NCBI GenBank assembly: GCA_043825855.1
Contig: JBDRRJ010000008.1
Span: 1,551 to 65,550, forward strand
Origin: Pseudomonadota bacterium
GTDB taxonomy: Bacteria > Desulfobacterota > UBA8473
Length of the DNA stretch: 64,000 nt
Reading direction: 5' to 3'
Position numbers and translations under genes: made by a program. Below are positions 49,857 through 57,311 of this stretch, piece by piece. Within the stretch, counting starts at the first letter, position 1. Every line of letters begins with the position of its first letter. Below the pieces are notes generated by a model that was not told where the DNA came from, made no database searches, and saw nothing but the letters and a program-made list of their open reading frames with translations.

Positions 49857-50625
49857 AATAGCTGCACAAAGGAATTTTATCCCTATTACCCTCTACATGG
49901 TGTTTAATCCATTCTTTTCTTTTTGAGCCATTCCATATGTTTATTAAAGAAGTTGTGTTTGCATCTCCGATAACCCCCAATCTTTTAGGATCAAATCTCA
50001 CGCAAATAGAGACTTCTCCAAGCCTGTTAATTGCCATATGATTCAATATCTCCAAGCATATTCCTATCTCTGGTACAGTTGGTTTCTTCTGATATTTGAA
50101 GCTTCCGAGGGGGTTATGTAAAATTCTTGTGGCGATAATTCCATCTAATTTATGCCACCTTTCAGTATTAACTTTCCCCAAACATCTATATATTATGTTT
50201 GGTTTTCTATTTCCTTTAATCTCAATGAACCGCTTGACAATTTCATACTGCTCATCGCTGTCGGGATCTTTTTCTATAACAGATATGGTTATTGTATCCA
50301 GATTATCTATGACCTCATCGGCTTTCTCCACTAACAATTTGGCATTAGTATCCACGCATTTTATCTGATTTTTAAATAATCCCACTGCTTCTCCGAATCT
50401 GGGATAAAGTAAAGGTTCTCCATTATTATGAAATTGAACTACTATTCCTTCAGGTAGCTGTTCGGCTATTTTTTTAACCAGTTCATAATCCATATCGCCA
50501 TAATTCATGGCTATTTCCGGATATTCTCTGTCTATCTTTCTTCTGCCGCACATCCAGCAGTTCTTATTGCATCTGCTGGTCAATTCCAGATGGATACAAT
50601 ATAATCCATTAAAGTTTGAACTCAT
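49822..50625 (-). CDS. Small radical SAM enzyme (CxxxCxxC) with C-terminal Cys pair
   Basis: HLELTSRCNKNCWMCG cluster motif, and C-terminal ..IPLCSYCDYWG. Confidence 0.85.
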   Translation of the reverse strand: MSSNFNGLYCIHLELTSRCNKNCWMCGRRKIDREYPEIAMNYGDMDYELVKKIAEQLPEGIVVQFHNNGEPLLYPRFGEAVGLFKNQIKCVDTNAKLLVEKADEVIDNLDTITISVIEKDPDSDEQYEIVKRFIEIKGNRKPNIIYRCLGKVNTERWHKLDGIIATRILHNPLGSFKYQKKPTVPEIGICLEILNHMAINRLGEVSICVRFDPKRLGVIGDANTTSLINIWNGSKRKEWIKHHVEGNRDKIPLCSYCDYWGVPTGLQ

Positions 50626-50669
50626 TTTTCTCTTGCTCTAATTGTGTAGAAATATTCTGCTATATATCT

Positions 50670-51659
50670 TTATTCTTGTCCTTTGAAAAAATATGGCGAC
50701 GGTCCAGACCCTGTTTGTTCCCCTCGTTCAGAATCCCATTTCTTGATTTGACCTACTATATCTACCTTAACCTCGCTACTCCAAGCATCAAGTAAAAGAC
50801 GTGTAATTATCCCCATTGGCTCACTTCCAATTTGAATATTGTTTAGAGATGATACCGGCAATATACAAAAAGGAGTACCTGTCATAAATGCCTCGTTCGC
50901 AGTTATTACATCATACGGTTCAATATTCCTTTCAATGCAAGGTAAATCCAACTTTTTTGCCAGCTCAAAAATATATGCGCGGCTAATTCCCCTGAGTATA
51001 TTTCGTGGTTCCGGTGTAATAATCGTATTATCTTTAACAATAAAAAAATTGTCACCGGTACCCTCAGCAATAAATCCATCCGGATCCAAAAGGAGAGCCC
51101 AGTTATTCTCCCCTTCGTACTGGGAAGCCTCAATGTTCGCCATAAGATAGTGCATTCGGCTTCTGTTTTTTACCTTGGGTTCAAGTAGTTGAGCAGGAAT
51201 AGCTCGTTGCGAAGTGATGACTGCATTGATACCTGTATCAAACAATTTACCCATTCCAGCTACAGTCCAACGTAACGGGAAATCTGCGATAATCACATTC
51301 GTTCCCTTATGTGCCCCCACTGTCCCCTGATAAATGGATAAAATACCTCTGGAAATGTCAATCATCAGCCTGTGTTCGTCATCCATGCTAAATAATGGAT
51401 CATTGGCATCTATCGTTTCATAGATATGCTTTTCCATTTCGTTTATGCCCATCTCAAGGGGAATGCGCACATATTTGGCGGACGCATAAAGACGTTCCAA
51501 GTGTTCTCTAAGTTGAAACTGAATTTTATTAAATGACCTTGTCATCTCAAAGACCATATCTCCAAACATTAGGGCTGAATCATAGATTGATATTCTTGCT
51601 TCTGATTCTGGTATTAATTCTCCGTTAAACCAGACCACTCGGCCTTTTTCTGTATTCAT
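50670..51659 (-). CDS. Class IV (fold-type IV) aminotransferase, BCAT/D-amino-acid aminotransferase-like
   Basis: 329 aa. ...YDSALMFGDMVFEMTRSF..., ...EGTGDNFFIV... and ...GISR... are typical of class IV. Confidence 0.85.
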   Translation of the reverse strand: MNTEKGRVVWFNGELIPESEARISIYDSALMFGDMVFEMTRSFNKIQFQLREHLERLYASAKYVRIPLEMGINEMEKHIYETIDANDPLFSMDDEHRLMIDISRGILSIYQGTVGAHKGTNVIIADFPLRWTVAGMGKLFDTGINAVITSQRAIPAQLLEPKVKNRSRMHYLMANIEASQYEGENNWALLLDPDGFIAEGTGDNFFIVKDNTIITPEPRNILRGISRAYIFELAKKLDLPCIERNIEPYDVITANEAFMTGTPFCILPVSSLNNIQIGSEPMGIITRLLLDAWSSEVKVDIVGQIKKWDSERGEQTGSGPSPYFFKGQE

Positions 51660-51697
51660 ATCATTACAGCCTTTCCGTTATTGTAATTAAGTAATTA

Positions 51698-52390
51698 TTA
51701 ATCATTCAACAAAAAGGCTCTCATCAAGACCTCACACATCTTAAGGTCTTCCATGGAGTCAACTTCAAACATTTTCCAGAGCTCCATTTCTGTCATTCCA
51801 ATCTTACCCCCAAGCCTATTGTTGTATTGCTTCAATATCAACGGTTTAAAAAGATAAAAAGACCCATTTTCTATATATTGTTTAGGTCTTTCCTGACGAT
51901 GGCCCCGGTTCCTGTAATCATAGTTCATACTTCTCAACATCCCGTCCGACATTTTTTCCCAGAAGAACAAGTCTTCCACCACGCTACAGGAGAACATTGA
52001 ATCATACTTCTGTTCCTGAAAGTTACGTAGGCCTTGCTCTATATCCTGCGATTTCCTCAATGGCGAAGTCACTTGAGGGGCGATAACAATGTCAACGTTT
52101 CCTGTTTTATTTTCTATGATTTCAAGGGCGTGAAGCCAGCCAGATTCGGATGTTGCAAAATCCCCCGAAAGATCGACCGGCCTCTGTATAATCTCTGTGC
52201 CGCAAGCTTCACTTATAGACAGGATTTCTTTGCTATCCGAACTCACCCATATAGAATTAATTCCCTTTATTTGTTGTAGCTGTTCAATTGTCCAGACAAT
52301 TAATGGCTTTCCACAAAAATTAATGATGTTTTTCTCTGGGATCCCTTTGGAGCCTCCTCTTGCTAGAATGATTGCAACAATATTTGTCAT
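51698..52390 (-). CDS. neuA: Acylneuraminate (nonulosonate) cytidylyltransferase
   Basis: VAIILARGGSKGIPEKNIINFCGKPLIVWTIEQ is the NeuA/CTP_transf_3 N-terminus. Confidence 0.88.
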   Translation of the reverse strand: MTNIVAIILARGGSKGIPEKNIINFCGKPLIVWTIEQLQQIKGINSIWVSSDSKEILSISEACGTEIIQRPVDLSGDFATSESGWLHALEIIENKTGNVDIVIAPQVTSPLRKSQDIEQGLRNFQEQKYDSMFSCSVVEDLFFWEKMSDGMLRSMNYDYRNRGHRQERPKQYIENGSFYLFKPLILKQYNNRLGGKIGMTEMELWKMFEVDSMEDLKMCEVLMRAFLLND

Positions 52391-52402
52391 ATTAAACTCT
52401 CT

Positions 52403-53251
52403 TTAGCGATGAGATTCAAAGGGGATATGCGCCCTCAATTTTTTTGCAATCGAAATTTCTTTATGATTCACCGTCATATCGCCAGTCCCCATTGCCTTCT
52501 CAATCTTTCGCACAGCGCCAACAAGTTGACGAAATCCCGCTGGTTCAACAGATGCAGCCTGATCGGAACCATACATGGCACGATCAAGGGTTATGTGTCT
52601 TTCCAGTGATGTAATGCCAAGGGCTGCTGCTGCGTATGAAACTGCCAGGCCAACTTCGTGGCCGCTGTATCCCACATTACATTTATAACGATCACGGAGC
52701 GTTTTGATGCGGTTCAGGTTAGCTTCTTCATCGTCCATTGGGTAAGTCGAAATGCAATGCATCAGTTCAAAAGGACATTTTGCTTGCCTGAATATCTCGA
52801 CAGCACGGTCAATTTGTTCAAGTTTTGTCATACCTGTAGAGATAAATGTATGCTTTTTTTCTGAAGCTACCTCTTTGAGCAAGTCCTCATAAACGGCCAT
52901 TGCAGAGGCTATTTTATTATATTTAAGATTGAATTGTCGCAGAAATTTTTGGCTTTCAATATCCCATGCAGAGGCAAACCACTGAATCCCCTTTTGGTTG
53001 CAGTACACATCGATTTCTTGATATTCTTTCAGTCCGAACTCAAGCCCCTCCTTCTGTGCTCGTTGAGTTATACCCCAGGGACTTTCTCTCGGTGAATCAA
53101 GTAATTCTTTGGGATATACCAAATGAATGGTTCGTTTCTGGAATTTGACCGCATCAGCACCTGCATCCTTGGCAATATCAATCAGCTGTTTTGCAATATT
53201 AACGTCTCCGTTGTGATTGATACCGATTTCCGCGATGATAAAAATAGACAT
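52403..53251 (-). CDS. neuB: NeuB-family nonulosonate synthase, TIM-barrel only (no C-terminal SAF domain)
   Basis: MSIFIIAEIGINHNGDVNIAKQLIDIAKDAGADAVKFQKR. The protein is 282 aa and ends just after the ..IEKAMGTG.. region, where the SAF domain normally follows. Confidence 0.88.
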   Translation of the reverse strand: MSIFIIAEIGINHNGDVNIAKQLIDIAKDAGADAVKFQKRTIHLVYPKELLDSPRESPWGITQRAQKEGLEFGLKEYQEIDVYCNQKGIQWFASAWDIESQKFLRQFNLKYNKIASAMAVYEDLLKEVASEKKHTFISTGMTKLEQIDRAVEIFRQAKCPFELMHCISTYPMDDEEANLNRIKTLRDRYKCNVGYSGHEVGLAVSYAAAALGITSLERHITLDRAMYGSDQAASVEPAGFRQLVGAVRKIEKAMGTGDMTVNHKEISIAKKLRAHIPFESHR

Positions 53252-53309
53252 CTTTATTTCTCCTCGTTTTTCTGCTAAATCTAATATAATAACCTACTTG
53301 TGTAATCAT

Positions 53310-53425
53310 AAAAAATTCCCTTTTCCGCTCTCTGGGGCAGTTTTTTTGACCCATCTGGGGGACTTGCTCCAGGCATTTTCGGAAACTCCCGAATCTAAGC
53401 ACTTTATAAGTGCAATGATATTTTT
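53310..53425. repeat. Family-B element, degenerate/partial copy
   Basis: 53310-53392 aligns with 5555-5634 (AAAAATTCCCTTTTCCGCTCTCTGG..TTTTTGACCCATCT..GACTTGCTCCAGGCATTTTC). The inner hairpin is deleted. Confidence 0.5.
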
Positions 53426-53604
53426 TGGCAGGTTATGCCAAGGTTTCGATCCCTATCCTACTTAATTGATAATGTGGGATGTTGCAACTATTCCAACTTT
53501 TTGGGCATTAGGGAACGTTGATAGTTTTGTTGGTTTATTCCCATTGCTTTTCAGATTGATACAGCTCCGCCCCTTGGATTACATAACAGTAAATGCAAAT
53601 ACAA

Positions 53605-53616
53605 CTGTAATTACAG
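53605..53616. promoter_or_regulatory. Perfect 12-bp palindrome CTGTAATTACAG (candidate operator)
   Basis: Conserved (11/12) in the right duplicate at 55832-55843 and flanked by ACATAAC/GTTATGT inverted repeats in both copies. Confidence 0.25.
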
Positions 53617-53637
53617 CTAGTTATGTTTGGTTATGGA

Positions 53638-53895
53638 TTAAATAATGCCTTTTACGGTAACACTCAGTTCACTGTCCGGATTATCAAGTCCGCCTTCTTC
53701 AACCTCGCAGTGGAGCTCCTTTATCTGCTTCTTTATCTCTTCGTATTCCAATAGCTTCCTCTTTAAAAAATATGAGAGTTATTTTCCCCTTTTCTTCCAG
53801 GCCCTTCGTGGTAAGTATATATGTGTAAGAAATTTTGTCCTTGGCATTCTTAAAACGGTTAATCTTTATCCATCCTTTAGATGCAAGGTTAGAAA
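53638..53895 (-). pseudogene. Truncated, frameshifted copy of the EPS-type MarR regulator (C-terminal ~85 codons)
   Basis: The minus strand reads SNLASKGWIKINRFKNAKDKISYTYILTTKGLEEKGKITL, then shifts frame to ..LEYEEIKKQIKELHCEVEEGGLDNPDSELSVTVKGII*. The wHTH N-terminal half is absent. Confidence 0.7.
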
Positions 53896-54062
53896 ACTAA
53901 ACATGGGGGATATCCTTCTCTATTCAATGTATTGCCTCCTTTGATGAACTGCTCTCAACAACCGGTCGGTTTATCAAAATTGTTCTATACAAATAATTAA
54001 CTCAGTAAGCTGTCGGTAAACTTGGTCCAAAGAGATTAAATGGTTATAGATACAAAATACTA

Positions 54063-55655
54063 CTAGATATTTAAGCCTTCGTCTTTTTTTGTATATTTTT
54101 TTTTACAAATTGGACATTGTAACTTGTTTGACAATCTCTCCCCACACTCACACATCCAACCTATCTGTTTGGCAGGGTTGCCAGTCACCAGGGCGTAATC
54201 AGGCACGTCTTTTGTCACAACAGCCCCGGCGCCAATGAAGGCGTGAGAACCAATTGTGTTGCCGCAGATTATAGTGCAGTTGGCTCCCAGGGTGGCACCT
54301 TTCTTCACGAGGGTAGGTCGCACTTGATCCATTTTGGAAATCTCAGCCCTAGGATTGTTGATATTGGTGAATACCATGGATGGCCCACAGAAAACACCGT
54401 CCTCCAGGGTAACTCCTTTGTATACGCTTACGTTGTTTTGTATCTTGCATTTATTGCCAATGGTAACATCAGGACCAATGACACAGTTCTGTCCTATATT
54501 GCAGTTTTCTCCGATTTTCGATCCGGAAAGAATGTGGGAGAAGTGCCAAATTTTTGTACCTTTGCCGATAACGACATTATAATCTACTATAGCAGTTTCA
54601 TGTATATAAACGTCTTCCTGTTTATAGAGAGTTTTTTCCGTTTTGGGCTGTAATTTACTCCGATCAACTTGAAGATTGCCTTCTGCCTTTTCGAGGATTC
54701 TAAGTACTCTCAAACCTTCATAACCATCGGTTAATGGTTTTTTTCTTTCTGTAACGCAGGCAATAAAATGTTCCAATTCCCTTTTTAAGGGTTCTCCTGT
54801 CTCTACAGGAATTATTTCGTAATCAGCTTTATGTGCAACGGGAATCTTGCCGTTTTTCCATTCAATTTTATGAGGATAAAGAAAAAGTTTTTCATTCGTG
54901 GTATCATCAAAGACAGCCATAGCCACTGAACCAACAACTATCAATTTCTGCTCTTTGAAAGGATGAATCCAACTTACAAAAATATGCCCCTTAATATCAT
55001 TGCTAAAGTCAAGTGTAGTAAGTGTAGTGTCATAGATGTCTTTGTTCAGGTAAGCATTGCCAAACGCAGAAACTTTTACTGGTTCTTCTCCAATCAGGCT
55101 CAAGATAACAGAGATATCATGAGGAGCAAAGCTCCAGAGGATATTTTCCTCCGTTCTTAGTTTTCCAATATTGAGTCTGTTGGAATAGATATAGCGAATC
55201 TTTCCCAGGGAGCCATCGGAAATCAACGATTTTAACTTGATTATAGCTGGGTGAAATTGCAGGATATGCCCAACCATTAATAGCTTTTTTTCTCGATCTG
55301 CGAGAGAAACAAGCCTCTCTCCATCCTGGACCGTAAAGGAAAGAGGTTTTTCCACAAAGACGTCTTTCCCTGCCAAGATTGCTTGTTTGGCAAACTCATA
55401 GTGTGTAGCTGCCGGTGATGCTATGGCGACAGCTTTAATATCTGGATTTTGAAGTATATCTTCATATTTATTTGTATAATCAATGTCCGGAAATTTGCTT
55501 TTGTGCTGTTTAACAATATCTTCATCACTGTCGCATGCCGTATGAAGTACTCCAAGCTCATAAAGATTACGGAGAATATTCTTCCCCCAGTATCCCAAGC
55601 CAACCATTCCGATTACTTTTTTGTTGTCTTTTCCTGCGGCTTTTTGCTCAGTCAA
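54063..55655 (-). CDS. Fusion protein: Gfo/Idh/MocA oxidoreductase (WbpB-like) + left-handed beta-helix N-acetyltransferase (WbpD/PglD-like) + C-terminal zinc ribbon
   Basis: N-terminus: [13 protein letters not shown] Rossmann fold. Residues about 340-500 carry hexapeptide repeats ([31 protein letters not shown]...). The tail is CECG..CPIC. TTG start with a GGAGG RBS. Confidence 0.85.
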   Translation of the reverse strand: MTEQKAAGKDNKKVIGMVGLGYWGKNILRNLYELGVLHTACDSDEDIVKQHKSKFPDIDYTNKYEDILQNPDIKAVAIASPAATHYEFAKQAILAGKDVFVEKPLSFTVQDGERLVSLADREKKLLMVGHILQFHPAIIKLKSLISDGSLGKIRYIYSNRLNIGKLRTEENILWSFAPHDISVILSLIGEEPVKVSAFGNAYLNKDIYDTTLTTLDFSNDIKGHIFVSWIHPFKEQKLIVVGSVAMAVFDDTTNEKLFLYPHKIEWKNGKIPVAHKADYEIIPVETGEPLKRELEHFIACVTERKKPLTDGYEGLRVLRILEKAEGNLQVDRSKLQPKTEKTLYKQEDVYIHETAIVDYNVVIGKGTKIWHFSHILSGSKIGENCNIGQNCVIGPDVTIGNKCKIQNNVSVYKGVTLEDGVFCGPSMVFTNINNPRAEISKMDQVRPTLVKKGATLGANCTIICGNTIGSHAFIGAGAVVTKDVPDYALVTGNPAKQIGWMCECGERLSNKLQCPICKKKYTKKDEGLNI

Positions 55656-55772
55656 TTTTTATACACCTCCAAAAGTGTATTTATAATTCATATTTATTAA
55701 AAGTAAGGTTTTGACGAGCTGTTGCACAAAAAGAATTTATCGGTCTTTAACTTTCTTTTTGGAAAAGTTCAA

Positions 55773-56121
55773 GCTTTTCTATTAGATACAGCTCCGCCCC
55801 TTGGATTACATAACGATAAATATAAATAAAACTGTAATTACAATAAGTTATGTATGATTAAGGGTCAAATAATACTTTTTACAGTAACACTAAGTTCACT
55901 GTCTGGACTATCAAGACCGTCTTCTTCCACCTCGCAGTGTAGCTCCCTTATCTGTTTCTTTATCTCTTCGTACTCCAAAAGCTTACTTTTTAAAAATCTG
56001 AGTGTTATTTTCCCCTTTTCTTCCAGACCCTTCGGAGTAAGAATGTATGTGTAAGAGATTTTGTCCTTTGCGCTCTTAAAACGGTTAATCTTTATCCATC
56101 CTTTAGATGCAAGGTTAGAAA
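55773..56121. repeat. Right copy of ~350-bp segmental duplication (partner 53546-53895)
   Basis: Covers the 3' half of the intact regulator gene plus about 90 bp downstream of it. Confidence 0.75.
55832..55843. promoter_or_regulatory. Near-palindrome CTGTAATTACAA (candidate operator, copy 2)
   Basis: Sits at the same relative position as 53605-53616 within the duplicated segment. Confidence 0.2.
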
Positions 56122-56248
56122 CACAGTAGTTTACTTTGCCGAGACTGATCCCCATTCTTTTCGCCATTTCCCTTTGACTAATCTGGGGGTCCTGGCTCAA
56201 GACCTTTAGCAGGCGATAACGGATTTCTTGTTCATAGTTATGGTTCAT
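55865..56248 (-). CDS. MarR/winged-helix EPS-associated transcriptional regulator
   Basis: ...YRLLKVLSQDPQISQREMAKRMGISLGKVNYCVSNLASKGWIKINRF...YTYILTPKGLEEK... matches the EPS-locus MarR family pattern. I prefer the ATG at 56248 to the TTG at 56287. Confidence 0.8.
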   Translation of the reverse strand: MNHNYEQEIRYRLLKVLSQDPQISQREMAKRMGISLGKVNYCVSNLASKGWIKINRFKSAKDKISYTYILTPKGLEEKGKITLRFLKSKLLEYEEIKKQIRELHCEVEEDGLDSPDSELSVTVKSII

Positions 56249-56482
56249 AGCGTGAACTTTATACAACGAAATGATGTATTCTGTCAAGTGAATATTCGTG
56301 TTTCAAAATGCCGTTAGATGGGGATTTGTCAATACTGTCGGCATGATTATTTTGTTCAGGAAAGAAGAGGCCGGTTGTGATTACTATATGTCTTAATAGG
56401 ATAGTTAGCCTCTTTTATTATCAATTCTGGGAAATTATCGTTTGTATATTGGCAACAGGCTACTAATACTGTTAAAAAAGTG

Positions 56483-56510
56483 TTGACAAATTCCAAATAT
56501 TCAATAGAAT
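56483..56510 (+). promoter_or_regulatory. Candidate sigma70 promoter TTGACA-16-TAGAAT upstream of tRNA-Gly
   Basis: TTGACA at 56483-56488 and TAGAAT at 56505-56510. The tRNA starts 39 nt downstream. Confidence 0.45.
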
Positions 56511-56548
56511 TACGTTATATTTAAGTAATTAAAATGTTCATATAATTA

Positions 56549-56624
56549 GCGGGCATAGCTCAGTCGGTAGAGTACAAGCTTCCCAAGCTTGGTGTCGCGG
56601 GTTCGAACCCCGTTGCCCGCTCCA
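56549..56624 (+). tRNA. tRNA-Gly (anticodon CCC), CCA encoded
   Basis: Manual cloverleaf: acceptor GCGGGCA/TGCCCGC, D arm GCTC..GAGT, anticodon stem CAAGC/GCTTG with loop TTCCCAA, T arm GCGGG-TTCGAAC-CCCGT. The identity elements G1-C72, C2-G71, G3-C70 and U73 fit Gly. Confidence 0.93.
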
Positions 56625-56748
56625 TTTTAATCAAAAGGAAGTCGAACAGTCTAGGCTATGGTTTCATTTCTCAACCTCAATATTTTTTTCTTGCAAACTG
56701 TAGAATTTCGTGTTACCTTTTGAATGCCATTTAATCGAAGTTCACTGG

Positions 56749-56774
56749 AAGTGGGCTTAAAGCCCACTTTTTTA
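56749..56774 (+). terminator. Intrinsic terminator/attenuator between tRNA-Gly and rimP
   Basis: AAGTGGGCT-TAA-AGCCCACTT stem followed by a T6 run. Confidence 0.6.
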
Positions 56775-56812
56775 TTTATATGGGGTTTTACATAGCCCCC
56801 CATGAGCTGATA

Positions 56813-57271
56813 ATGTCTGCCGATATTCTGGAATCTGTAAAAGAGATAATTGAGCCGATTATTATAGCTGAGAGAATGGAGCTTGTGCACTTAGAGTACA
56901 GGAGAGAAAGAAAGGGATGGGTCTTAAGGCTTTATATCGATAAAGATGAGGGAGTGACGATAGACGACTGTTCTAACATTAGTGGGCAGGTTAGTCAACT
57001 AATGGACATAGACGAGCTTATCCCAAATCCCTATGTGTTGGAGGTTTCTTCACCCGGACTCGGCAGTCCATTGAAAAAAGAAGAGGATTTTATAAGACAT
57101 AAAGACAGGATAGTCAGGTTTAAAGTAGATGTCCCGACATGTAAATTGAAGAATTTTAAAGGCAGACTTTTGGAATATGAAGCTGGGGTAGTAAAAGTCA
57201 ATGTTAAAAATAAGATTATAAACTTGCCTTTAAATAGGATATTGGAAGCCAATTTAGTATACAAGTTCTGA
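56813..57271 (+). CDS. rimP: Ribosome maturation factor RimP
   Basis: MSADILESVKEIIEPIIIAERMELVHLEY... and ...LEVSSPGL are the RimP pattern. I prefer the ATG at 56813 to the one at 56780. Confidence 0.88.
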   Translation: MSADILESVKEIIEPIIIAERMELVHLEYRRERKGWVLRLYIDKDEGVTIDDCSNISGQVSQLMDIDELIPNPYVLEVSSPGLGSPLKKEEDFIRHKDRIVRFKVDVPTCKLKNFKGRLLEYEAGVVKVNVKNKIINLPLNRILEANLVYKF

Positions 57272-57311
57272 ACTGTATGTAATTTACCCAAAATAAAGGG
57301 AGACCAAGAAA

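Larger units (their letters stand above)
53546..53895. repeat. Left copy of ~350-bp segmental duplication (partner 55773-56121)
   Basis: Hand alignment is colinear, with an estimated 85 percent identity. Both copies end at ...GATGCAAGGTTAGAAA. Confidence 0.75.

Noticed and set aside
53441-53470. tRNA-like T-arm string (CCAAGGTTTCGATCCCTATCC), possibly a tRNA 3' fragment or att site.
   Set aside because: I cannot fold it into a T-stem-loop plus acceptor arm. There is no matching 5' half and no integrase nearby.
53645-53944. + strand ORF of 99 aa (and its twin 55854..56054) with the repeated motif TVTLSSLSGLS.
   Set aside because: Both are simply the antisense strand of the MarR-type regulator gene and its duplicated fragment. 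The similarity between them reflects the DNA duplication, not a protein family.
56651-56890. Minus-strand 79-aa ORF spanning the tRNA-rimP spacer.
   Set aside because: It runs through the terminator hairpin and the rimP start, and it has no RBS or family features.
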